Made by a program: the position numbers and the translations under genes
The notes under the pieces: generated by a model
Databases searched by the model: none
Told to the model about the DNA's origin: nothing
The model's input: only the letters and a program-made list of their open reading frames with translations
Source of the DNA: a virus
Direction: 5' to 3' (one strand)
DNA length: 64,000 bases
Virus record (IMG/VR): IMGVR_UViG_3300028597_000007
In this document: positions 18,815 through 27,522 of the stretch, in pieces
How positions within the stretch are numbered: position 1 is the stretch's first letter
How the letters are laid out: the number at the start of each line of letters is the position of its first letter

Positions 18815-20335
18815 ATGCGGATTGACGTTTACTCCCACGGGTATACGGTGCGAGGTCTTACCAATGCCACTCGCGTTGGTGTTGGTAAGCTGTGTCGTTT
18901 CCTCGGTCACTTTGAATTGCAACCTACGGAGACTGGTCGCTACGAGCAAAAGCAAACAGCGACTTATGCCGGGGGTTTTGCAAACAGGGAGCAGTTCTGT
19001 TTCCACAAAGATACATTGGAGCGATTCCTGCGCATCATTGCAGACATCGTCCCAGGTATCAAACCGGAAATAGTGCACCATGACCTGTGGGACTCGGTCG
19101 ATGTAAAGATCGAGCTTAAAGACCTGCGTGAACCTCGTTGGGGACAACCCGGTGCCATTGAGCATGGGCTTAGCGAGGGCAACATCAAAGCGATCTGCCT
19201 AGGCCCTGGCCGTGGTAAGACGTTTGTATTCAACCGGATCTCCTTCGCCAAGCAAAAGCGTGTGGCGATGATTCTCCGGTCGGGGTATGTGGACAAGTGG
19301 GAAAAAGACATCGGCAGTGCGCATCACTGCGAAGAAGGCGACATCCTCAAGATCAAGGGTGGCAAGGACCTGATGAAGTTGATGCTTGCAGCATTGACGG
19401 GAACCATCACGGCCAAGTACATCCTGATCTCCAACTCCACCTACCGCAATTACCTGAAGCTCTGGGAGATGGCCAACGGCGACCTGAAAGATCAAGGTTT
19501 CCCGTTGTCGCCCTTTGAGTTGATGGGTGCGTTGGGCGTGGAGATTCTGGGCATCGACGAGGTGCACCAAGACTTCCACTTCAACCACCGCTGCATCATT
19601 CACCAAAACGTGCCATTGATCGTTACGCTCTCTGGTACGCTGGACCCTGACAACTCGTTCAAGAACGACATCACCAAGCTGACGTTCCCCGCGAGTACCC
19701 GTTACATCGAGCCACCACCTCCACCCTACATCCGTTGTAAGGCATTGCAGTTCAGTCTGCAGAGCCCGCACCTGATCAAGTGGAAGCACCGGGGGCGGTC
19801 TGAGTATTCTCAGGCAGCCTTTGAAAAGAGTATCATGCACTATGGAAAGGTCCTGACCAAGTACAAAGAGATGATCCTCGACATTGCGGCCATCTCCTTC
19901 ATGCCATTGTGGAAGCCAGGCAGGAAACTGCTGGTGTTCGCAGGTACGAAGAAGATGTGTACGATCCTGGCTGAAGCGTTCACCAAGAAGTACCCTGATC
20001 TCAAGGTACGGCGCTACATCGGTGAGGACCCGTACTCGCACATTGGTGAGGCAGACATTCTTGTCTCCACTACCAAGTCGTGTGGTACCGCAATCGACAT
20101 CCCCGGCTTGGCAATCTCGTTGATGACTGAAGCCGTCAACGACACTCAGGCAAACTTGCAGCACATCAAACGTCTGCGCGAGCCTGATCAGGGACCTGAT
20201 TATTTCACGCCGGAGTTCTTGTATCTTCTGTGCTCGAACATTCCGCAACACATGAACTACCACAAGCACAAGGTTGAAATCTTCCGCTCTGAGGTAATTT
20301 CTCACGAAACACTTTTAACGGACTATGTGATCTGA
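18815..20335 (+). CDS. Superfamily 2 (DExH) helicase, phiKZ gp75-like
   Basis: Walker A GPGRGKT, DEVH, and C-terminal SF2 motifs (GTAIDIPGL, QHIKRLR). Confidence 0.9.
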   Translation: MRIDVYSHGYTVRGLTNATRVGVGKLCRFLGHFELQPTETGRYEQKQTATYAGGFANREQFCFHKDTLERFLRIIADIVPGIKPEIVHHDLWDSVDVKIELKDLREPRWGQPGAIEHGLSEGNIKAICLGPGRGKTFVFNRISFAKQKRVAMILRSGYVDKWEKDIGSAHHCEEGDILKIKGGKDLMKLMLAALTGTITAKYILISNSTYRNYLKLWEMANGDLKDQGFPLSPFELMGALGVEILGIDEVHQDFHFNHRCIIHQNVPLIVTLSGTLDPDNSFKNDITKLTFPASTRYIEPPPPPYIRCKALQFSLQSPHLIKWKHRGRSEYSQAAFEKSIMHYGKVLTKYKEMILDIAAISFMPLWKPGRKLLVFAGTKKMCTILAEAFTKKYPDLKVRRYIGEDPYSHIGEADILVSTTKSCGTAIDIPGLAISLMTEAVNDTQANLQHIKRLREPDQGPDYFTPEFLYLLCSNIPQHMNYHKHKVEIFRSEVISHETLLTDYVI

Positions 20336-20337
20336 CA

Positions 20338-20637
20338 ATGAGCCATCCACGCCCGTATCAGCTCTATCGGGTCGATGCAGGTGGAAACCGGGTCTACGTG
20401 CCCGGTCTTGTCATTCAGCTTGTAGGGACTCACCCAGGCTGTCTGGCAGAGTATCACCTGATCCATCGACACTACAAAGTCGGCAAGATCATCGTCAAGT
20501 ATCCGGTCCACGGACCGGAATTGATGGAGGTCATCATCGACGCAGATTTCCCTGCCCGCGACTGGAAAGTTGAAGACCAGTACGGTAACGACTACAACCT
20601 TGCCCGAGTTGTTGGGCTCATGCAAAAGGAAGAGTAA
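20338..20637 (+). CDS. Hypothetical protein
   Basis: 99-aa ORF tightly packed between neighbours. Confidence 0.65.
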   Translation: MSHPRPYQLYRVDAGGNRVYVPGLVIQLVGTHPGCLAEYHLIHRHYKVGKIIVKYPVHGPELMEVIIDADFPARDWKVEDQYGNDYNLARVVGLMQKEE

Positions 20638-21375
20638 GTGAACAAGCCCTATCAATCTGCACCCCTGTCTGAACTGCACCTGCGCGTCGGTGCCCTGCTG
20701 TTCTTCGCCAACGAAGTCAACCGTGGCCTGGAGCGTAAAGAGCTGAACCCAATGGGTAGCTTCTACATGTTCGACGACCACAGCGAAATCCGTACCCCGG
20801 CCAATGTGCCCGACAACTGGCCACACGGCCTGGTGCGCATCTTCACCGAACAAGTGAAGGGCGACGAGAAGTTCGAATTCCAGCTGTCTCAGTTCGACCC
20901 GGCCATGAACACCGCAGCCTACGACGCCAAACGCGGCGGCGGCCTTGACCAGCAGGGCATCCGCTTCGTGGCTGGTACCGGCTGGCAAGGTCTGAGCGCG
21001 CACTACCTGATGGTGCCTGAGTATGACCAGATCTCCTACGTGCCACTGATCGGTAGTCATACCGACGACATCGAAACCATTCTGGAGCAGTCCAAGCTGG
21101 GTGGCTACGATCGCAAGGTCATTCGTGAAACCTACGAAGCCACCGCCATGGCAGCGTACGAGAACGAAGACGACCTCGAACACGCTCGTGGTGTTCCGCA
21201 CACCTACCACAACTGGCTGATGCTCAACGCCCTGATCATCGCCAAGATCGTCACCCTGCGCGCGATCGCGCTGGCCGAGCATGGTGAGAACGTCCTCAAC
21301 GAAACCATGCAACGCGATTCCAAGACCGGTGCTGTACTGCCGATCGACGTATCAGAAGAGCAAGATCCAGCCTGA
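20638..21375 (+). CDS. Hypothetical protein with high-expression codon bias
   Basis: GTG start right after the upstream TAA; strongly C-ending codons. Confidence 0.8.
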   Translation: MNKPYQSAPLSELHLRVGALLFFANEVNRGLERKELNPMGSFYMFDDHSEIRTPANVPDNWPHGLVRIFTEQVKGDEKFEFQLSQFDPAMNTAAYDAKRGGGLDQQGIRFVAGTGWQGLSAHYLMVPEYDQISYVPLIGSHTDDIETILEQSKLGGYDRKVIRETYEATAMAAYENEDDLEHARGVPHTYHNWLMLNALIIAKIVTLRAIALAEHGENVLNETMQRDSKTGAVLPIDVSEEQDPA

Positions 21376-21377
21376 CG

Positions 21378-21434
21378 GCATAGCTGCCCCTCCCCGCAAG
21401 GGGAGGGGCAGTGAGCCTATGCTCTTTTTTTTTT
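21378..21434. terminator. Bidirectional hairpin flanked by GCATA and TATGC, with offset T10
   Basis: 12-bp stem 21384-21395/21400-21411, GCAA loop; GCATA 21378-21382; TATGC 21418-21422; T10 21425-21434. Confidence 0.8.
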
Positions 21435-21442
21435 GCTTCAGA

Positions 21443-21970
21443 TCACATGTACTGTGCGTAGAAGCCTTGCAGGCGCTCGGCCTGACTTACGTCGCTGACG
21501 CACTTCTCGATGCGACCGAAGCCGTAACGGGAGATGGCAACACCACGGCTTCGGCCGTCGCAGGTGGAGGTCATCAGGTGCAACATGGCTTCCAGCAGGC
21601 GCAGGTCCATCACCGGCATGGTCTTGAGCAGGTCCATGAAGCGGTTGCGGTAGCGCATGCTCATGACGCCATTGATGTTCTTCAGCACCCACTGCAGGAG
21701 TGCCTCGTAGGCCTGGTTGAAGTCTTGGCCTTCGAGCTTGAGTACCATCTTGATGATCTTGAGAATGGCTTTCTGCTGCTTGATGCCTTCCTCTTCGCTC
21801 GGTTCATTGCCTTTGGGGTCCATGACCTTTTCGTAGTCAGCCAGCAGGCCGTTGACGGTCTCCATGGTGATGTCGTATTTGGTCTTGGGTGTCACGTTGG
21901 CTTTCGCCACCTCTTTGGCCATGACTTCGGTACCTTCTTCGGTTGGAGTTTGTTCTTCGCCAGCCATCAT
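21443..21970 (-). CDS. Hypothetical protein, downstream of the virion RNAP subunit gene
   Basis: GAGGA RBS before ATG at 21970; high-expression codon bias. Confidence 0.75.
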   Translation of the reverse strand: MMAGEEQTPTEEGTEVMAKEVAKANVTPKTKYDITMETVNGLLADYEKVMDPKGNEPSEEEGIKQQKAILKIIKMVLKLEGQDFNQAYEALLQWVLKNINGVMSMRYRNRFMDLLKTMPVMDLRLLEAMLHLMTSTCDGRSRGVAISRYGFGRIEKCVSDVSQAERLQGFYAQYM

Positions 21971-21977
21971 TGTTTCC

Positions 21978-23261
21978 TCAGGTGAAATGGCGCCTTGGAT
22001 CAAAGCGCGTAGTTTTAAGGGCCGTACCGTGGGCTTTACCCATGAAGATGTACAGCATCATCGAACCCATGTCGGAGGCTTGACCACCAGGAGAGTTCGG
22101 GAAGCGAGCGTTCATGTCGCCCATACACTTGCCGCAGTAACCTGCACCAGGGGTCAGGCAGCGCTGAGGACTCCGCAGGGTAATCGTCTTGTTGACAATC
22201 GCGTCCAGGTTCTGCTCAGTAATGTGCACCGTCTTGCCATTGACGATGATGTAGAAGCCGATGTAGCGCTTGGCTTTATCTGCTGCCACAAACCGCTTGA
22301 TACCCAGCACAGACCCGCAGTCGTCTTCGGTGATCGCATGGTTCTGGAATACCCGGATCAGGTACTGTACCGCTTCACCACCGAGCGCTGTCTGCGCACC
22401 ACGGTTGAAGGAACCTTCGCGGAGCGAGTTCGCATAGTCCGGGAGGTTCTTAAGGTTCAGGCCTTCGTCCAGAGACGTTGGGATCAGGTTCACCTGAGTA
22501 CCGTCACCGAAAGCAGATTCCTCACCGTGCATGAGCAGCGTCTTCATGCGAACGATGTCGAAGTTCTTCTTACCGATGAGGTAGTCTTGCGAGTCGTCCC
22601 CCTTTACCCAGTCCTTGTCCACCTTGGACAACTCGCCTTTGATGATGGCGATGGTGGCTGGGTCGTGTAGGCGATCCTTGTACTGCTCCAGAAGCTTTTC
22701 GCGCAGTTCCCGTACCTTGGGGTCAGTCACCAGAGATTTACGCGTGGTGCCTGGTGTGAAGAGCTGCGTGAGGCCAGAGAGGATACATGCAGTAGCCTCC
22801 GTGTATCGCAGCAACTCCCAGACATAGATCTTGGCAGGATCGTTCTGGCTACGGTCTTCCGGGTTATTGGTCAGACGCTGAGCAATGATCTTCTCGATGT
22901 CTGACAGACGACGCGGGTTGGGGTCGAAAGGAATCTTGCCATTGAACGCGTAGACCACAGCCAGATGATGCCACAGCACCCAGGCGTAAGGTGCATTGCA
23001 GTCTGCCTCACATCCGATGAAGTCACCTTTCTTGAAGTCGGCCACCTCACGCTTGGAGAACAGTGGCTTGGTGATGTCTGCTTCAAAGCGAAGCTTGGAC
23101 TCACCCATCTTAACCACCCACTCCTTACCTTCCACGTAAGGCTCGTACTCGCCCGCCTCACCACGGGTCAGGGAGAATGCACGGATCGACCAGGACAAAC
23201 GTTTGTACAGGCCAAGCTCCATGCATTTGAGAAAGAACAACCGCTTATCAAGCGTTTCCAT
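21978..23261 (-). CDS. Virion RNAP beta' subunit fragment (phiKZ gp80-like)
   Basis: SLREGSFNRGAQTALGG, ITEDDCGS, LRSPQRC..YCGKCMG and FMGKAHG correspond to RpoC bridge/trigger-region motifs. Confidence 0.88.
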   Translation of the reverse strand: METLDKRLFFLKCMELGLYKRLSWSIRAFSLTRGEAGEYEPYVEGKEWVVKMGESKLRFEADITKPLFSKREVADFKKGDFIGCEADCNAPYAWVLWHHLAVVYAFNGKIPFDPNPRRLSDIEKIIAQRLTNNPEDRSQNDPAKIYVWELLRYTEATACILSGLTQLFTPGTTRKSLVTDPKVRELREKLLEQYKDRLHDPATIAIIKGELSKVDKDWVKGDDSQDYLIGKKNFDIVRMKTLLMHGEESAFGDGTQVNLIPTSLDEGLNLKNLPDYANSLREGSFNRGAQTALGGEAVQYLIRVFQNHAITEDDCGSVLGIKRFVAADKAKRYIGFYIIVNGKTVHITEQNLDAIVNKTITLRSPQRCLTPGAGYCGKCMGDMNARFPNSPGGQASDMGSMMLYIFMGKAHGTALKTTRFDPRRHFT

Positions 23262-24087
23262 GACCCAGTACCCTTGTCAGAATTTTGTTGATCTCTGCCA
23301 AGAGGCGTTGACCTGCTTGGGAACTGCCCAGCACAGGCTCCATCAACTTGGCCACTTCTTCACGCAGGGTATCGCGCTTGAGGTCAGACATCAGTGCCAT
23401 GCCAGACACCTCGACTGCCATCTGCTCAATCGGCAGTGCCTCGAACCACTTGTCGTTGTTCACGATCAGGGTGTTCATCGACTGACCCAGTGCAGCGCCA
23501 CTGCGCACGTAGTCCACGACCTTGGACTCTGGGTAGATGGCCGCGAACACACGGAAGTCGCTCAGCGCAGCGCCTGGGATGGTGGACTCCTCATCCGAGA
23601 GCAATGGCTTGGATTCCATCGACTCGCCCAGCCGTTTGATCAAGCTGGGGGATACGGAAACGATCCAGTCAATCAGGTGACCATCGTGGTTCTTACCGAC
23701 CATCTCGAACAGTTCGGTGAGGATGTCGGTGTTGGAGTTACCCAGCTCATGGATGTCAATGCCGTCTGGGTAGTCCAGGTGTGATACACCTTCTGCCGTG
23801 TCCCAAGTCAGGAGGAACTCCAGCAGGTCGGCAGTGGTGGAGATTGCACTAGGCTCGAATTCGATCTCAACGCCAAATTGAGCATAGGCAGCCAAGATCC
23901 CATCGATCATCATCTTCTCAGCGTTACCTGCGATGACTTCAGGTTCAAGACCCTGCTCACCCTTGATGATGTGCTCGATGCGATCGGTGTGTCCGGTCAT
24001 CCCGCAGCGATAGAGCAGGTTGATGCAGTGCATCAGCTCTACGGTGCGGTTGGGGTGATAAACCGCGTTAAAGAATTGTTCAAGCAT
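23248..24087 (-). CDS. Conserved hypothetical / probable virion protein
   Basis: 279 aa overlapping the start of the vRNAP gene. Confidence 0.75.
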   Translation of the reverse strand: MLEQFFNAVYHPNRTVELMHCINLLYRCGMTGHTDRIEHIIKGEQGLEPEVIAGNAEKMMIDGILAAYAQFGVEIEFEPSAISTTADLLEFLLTWDTAEGVSHLDYPDGIDIHELGNSNTDILTELFEMVGKNHDGHLIDWIVSVSPSLIKRLGESMESKPLLSDEESTIPGAALSDFRVFAAIYPESKVVDYVRSGAALGQSMNTLIVNNDKWFEALPIEQMAVEVSGMALMSDLKRDTLREEVAKLMEPVLGSSQAGQRLLAEINKILTRVLGHGNA

Positions 24088-24174
24088 GGCGCACCTAAAC
24101 TGTGTGTTATATAGGAAGAGCGTCTACTAAGATATAGCGGCTATGGCCTCTTCAACAGACAAGGAAATATACAA

Positions 24175-25065
24175 ATGGCAAATGGCAAGAGCGGCGCGTT
24201 CGGTAGCCGCAAAGGTATCAAGACTCCAGCGGTCATGGTTCAGGGAAACCAGCTGCGTGTGGCAAAGGACCCAGCCCCATGGTTCGCTGACTTCGACTCG
24301 CTGGCGGCACAGTGCACCGCACTGACCACCTCCCCGGCAATGATCATGCCGTACTTCGGCGACGCCGAACTGATGGCCAAGATCGACCGTCAGGGCGTTA
24401 ACGATGCCACCAAGGCATTGATGGAACAGATCAAGCAACAGAAAGAACGTCTGGCTGCACTGGTTGCTGAGACCAAGGCCATGCGTGAAGGCGTCCCGGC
24501 CATGGACGGCAAACCTGCTCGTGCCCCGATCACCAAGGTCACCCAGGACAACACCATCGAGCTGCTGAACCACGGCGAGCAGTTCCAAACCTTCATGGAT
24601 GACTGGCTGCGCATCATCTACTTCTCCATGGACAAGGTGCTGGACTTCTTCCGCGCCCTCGGTCAGGACATCCCGGTACTGTGCCCTTACAGCCAGGGCT
24701 TCGTGAAGACCGAGCAGAACATGACCCCAGAAGAGCTGAAGGCGGCCTCCGGTGCCAGCCTCGACGAGCTGGCCGCAGAAGTCGCCGAAGAAGATCACCT
24801 GGGCAAGATGATCCTCGGCGTACTGCAGGCAGCACCGCTGAAGGCGCACCAGCGCAAGGCCTTCGCCAAGATGATCGAGGTCACCCCTGAGCAGTTCAAC
24901 AAGCTGATCAAGGGCGACTACCGCCAGTTCTCCCTGACCAAGCTGCGTTCCATCCATGAGAAGATGGACGGCCCTGCCTACGAGCAGGAACTGGCAGCTG
25001 TCGAGCAGACCGAACTCCAGCAGATGGCAGAAGCTGCCGAATCCACCACTCAAAAGGTTGAGTAA
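24175..25065 (+). CDS. Helical protein with C-terminal XRE/HigA-type HTH domain
   Basis: AAGGA RBS; HQRKAFAKMIEVTPEQFNKLIKGDYRQFSLTKL resembles the XRE/HTH_37 pattern. Confidence 0.65.
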   Translation: MANGKSGAFGSRKGIKTPAVMVQGNQLRVAKDPAPWFADFDSLAAQCTALTTSPAMIMPYFGDAELMAKIDRQGVNDATKALMEQIKQQKERLAALVAETKAMREGVPAMDGKPARAPITKVTQDNTIELLNHGEQFQTFMDDWLRIIYFSMDKVLDFFRALGQDIPVLCPYSQGFVKTEQNMTPEELKAASGASLDELAAEVAEEDHLGKMILGVLQAAPLKAHQRKAFAKMIEVTPEQFNKLIKGDYRQFSLTKLRSIHEKMDGPAYEQELAAVEQTELQQMAEAAESTTQKVE

Positions 25066-25067
25066 CC

Positions 25068-26696
25068 ATGCAAGGTTCCGACATCGAAAGCGAAGCACCA
25101 GCGCCGGATGATTCCGATCTGGTGCATGAGGCCGAGGCTGTTGCGCAGGTAGAACTGCCGGCCGAAGAACGTGCCCCGGCCGAAGAAAAGCCGCGCACTG
25201 AAATGCACGACGACGAAGACTCCGACCTGCCCAATGAAGACCAAGCGTCTTCCGAAGCCGGTAAGCCGTTCTTCGAAGCCGACCACTGGCAGAGCGACAA
25301 GACCTACCAGAAGGAGCCGATGGTTAAAGACCGTCCGGCTAACTTCGAACCCCCGTTCACCTTGATTGTCCCCTCGCTGAACACCAAAGACGCTACCCGC
25401 GTTGCTGAAGCGCTGGAACCAGTCATCAAGCATGTCTCTCCACAGACTGCTGAATGGCTCCGCCGCATTGTGACCAGCCAGTCGATGATCGTGGCCAACG
25501 GTCAGTTCGAAGCTTCTCTGCAACGTGATGGCTCGCTCTGGCTGCAAGCACCTGAACACGACGGCATCAAGCTGGTCGCTCAGGTGCCCGCCATTGCACA
25601 GCCTGCACCTGGCACTATCCTGACCGGCCAAGATGCTGAGATCCACATGGCTCAGCAAACCAAGACCTATGCCCGGATGATGTTCCCCCTGTACCACACC
25701 GGTATCTGGTTGAACGTCGCAGTGCCCCACGGCTCCGAGCTGCACGTCCTGGAAGAAGCACTGGCTGCTGCCAAGTACGACCTGGGCTACATGACCAAGG
25801 GCCTGGTTTACTCCAATACCTCAGTCATGCAGAACATCGCGCTGGTCAACTTCGTGTTGGACCATGTGATCAACTCTTCGGCGGAACACACCACCACTGC
25901 GTTCCTGAAGAAGGTGATTCGCATCACCGACATTAACTTGATCGCTGCGAACATGTCGTCGGCTATCTATCCGTCGGGCTTCCCGCTGGAGCGCCCGTGC
26001 TCTGCTGAGCCGATGAAGTGCCACAACGTTACCAAGGGCCTGCTGCGCCTGTCCAAGATCATCTGGACCGACGACAACGGCCTGTCGGCTTACCAGAAGA
26101 AGTTCATGGCTACTCGTCTGGCTGGCCAGAAGAAAACCGAGGCGGACTTCAAGAAGTATCAGGAGGAATTCCCCGGTGTTACTCAACGTGTTGTCGAAAT
26201 TGCTCCTGGCATCAGCGTTCTGCTCATGCCTCCAACTATCGAACAGTACGAGCAGTCCGGCTATTCCTGGATCGAGTCGATTGAGCGTGGGGCGAACGCC
26301 ATGCTCAACACCCCAACTGGTCCTGAACTGAACGCTCACATGACTGCGCAGTATCAACTGCAGTCGATGCGCCAGTACGCCCACTGGGTAGACGCGATCA
26401 TTTACCCGAACGACGTGTCGGTACGTGACCGCGAGACCATCAACAATCTGCTTGCCAAGCAGTCGGATAACACCGACCTGGTTGACAAGTTCATTGCTGC
26501 GGTCAAGCAGTTCATCGAAGACTGTGTTGTCTCGGTCGTCGGCATTAACAACTACAGCTGCCCATCCTGTGGTAAGTCCCAGACTGCCGAAGGTTCGCGC
26601 AATCCGAAGTTGATCCCCCTCGACCCGGTCCACACTTTTTTCACCCTCAGCGGCCTGAAGACTCAAACTACTCTCTCGAAAAACTCGGAGCACTAG
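25068..26696 (+). CDS. Conserved protein, possible T4 gp26-like baseplate/tail assembly chaperone
   Basis: Acidic N-terminus; Cys motifs CSAEPMKC and CPSCG; PPTIEQY pattern. Function inferred. Confidence 0.6.
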   Translation: MQGSDIESEAPAPDDSDLVHEAEAVAQVELPAEERAPAEEKPRTEMHDDEDSDLPNEDQASSEAGKPFFEADHWQSDKTYQKEPMVKDRPANFEPPFTLIVPSLNTKDATRVAEALEPVIKHVSPQTAEWLRRIVTSQSMIVANGQFEASLQRDGSLWLQAPEHDGIKLVAQVPAIAQPAPGTILTGQDAEIHMAQQTKTYARMMFPLYHTGIWLNVAVPHGSELHVLEEALAAAKYDLGYMTKGLVYSNTSVMQNIALVNFVLDHVINSSAEHTTTAFLKKVIRITDINLIAANMSSAIYPSGFPLERPCSAEPMKCHNVTKGLLRLSKIIWTDDNGLSAYQKKFMATRLAGQKKTEADFKKYQEEFPGVTQRVVEIAPGISVLLMPPTIEQYEQSGYSWIESIERGANAMLNTPTGPELNAHMTAQYQLQSMRQYAHWVDAIIYPNDVSVRDRETINNLLAKQSDNTDLVDKFIAAVKQFIEDCVVSVVGINNYSCPSCGKSQTAEGSRNPKLIPLDPVHTFFTLSGLKTQTTLSKNSEH

Positions 26697-26770
26697 AGCC
26701 TTCACAAATCCAAACCGAAGCCGGATTATCAGTTAACACTAAGCGCCACGTTAACGATCCGAACTTCGGT

Positions 26771-27178
26771 TTGGACACCGACCTTTATGACACAGAGCTG
26801 GCGCGCATCCGCGAGGTGATCCATGAGACAGGTGATAAGCCTGACTATGTGGACTCCGAGATGATGATGCGCACGGTGTACGAGTCTGCGTTCGGTATAC
26901 ACAACCACTACGGGCCTAATCAACATCCTTTCGCTTTGGTCGCGGCTCATCCAAAGGAAGATTTTGTTCCGTACTCCAGTCGGTTCCGTGACTATGCGGC
27001 TTACATCAATGCGCGGGTCTACGAGACTACCGGGATTCCAATGGACAAGTTCTTTGATCGGCCTCGTGCCGAGATTGAAATGATCATGGGTCTTGTGCGA
27101 GTCAGCAACCGCAAGCAGGCACACAGCGCTGAAGAGATTGCCGCGGCAGCGCGAGCAGCTCAGCAGGGCAAGAAGTAA
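26771..27178 (+). CDS. Conserved small protein (T4 gp51-like pattern); start uncertain, possibly reached by -1 frameshift
   Basis: TTG start with no RBS, buried in a hairpin; frame open back to 26576. Confidence 0.65.
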   Translation: MDTDLYDTELARIREVIHETGDKPDYVDSEMMMRTVYESAFGIHNHYGPNQHPFALVAAHPKEDFVPYSSRFRDYAAYINARVYETTGIPMDKFFDRPRAEIEMIMGLVRVSNRKQAHSAEEIAAAARAAQQGKK

Positions 27179-27191
27179 TGGGGAGTCTACA

Positions 27192-27479
27192 ATGATCGAC
27201 AACCGCATGATGCGTCACGCTATCATGGGACATGAGGAGGGGGATGATCCACGCCCCTCCCGCTTTGTGGTGGATAACCACACACGTCGCCTGATCCCTT
27301 ACCGTGACACGTACACGGAGAGCCAGGTCTGTACCAAGTTCGGTATCACCAAGGGCCAGCTGCGTAAAGCAGTGAAGTCTGGAGGCTTCCCGAAGCCTAC
27401 CAAGTACGGTCCAGGCAACAAGCCGTGGTGGGCTGACACCATCATCGACAAAGTGTCCCGTGTTGACGAAGACGAGTGA
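27192..27479 (+). CDS. AlpA/excisionase-like winged-helix DNA-binding protein
   Basis: GGGAG RBS before ATG 27192; ESQVCTKFGITKGQLRKAVKSGGFPKPTKYG..PWW fits the AlpA pattern. Confidence 0.72.
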   Translation: MIDNRMMRHAIMGHEEGDDPRPSRFVVDNHTRRLIPYRDTYTESQVCTKFGITKGQLRKAVKSGGFPKPTKYGPGNKPWWADTIIDKVSRVDEDE

Positions 27480-27481
27480 CG

Positions 27482-27522
27482 GCATAACCTCCCTCCCCGC
27501 AAGGGGAGGGAGGGCTTTATGC
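27482..27522. terminator. Bidirectional hairpin flanked by GCATA and TATGC
   Basis: 11-bp stem 27488-27498/27503-27513, GCAA loop; core shared with the 21384 hairpin. Confidence 0.8.

Noticed and set aside
21384-27513. Twin palindromes as transposon or MITE ends
   Set aside because: No transposase or target-site duplication; the enclosed genes are core phage genes.
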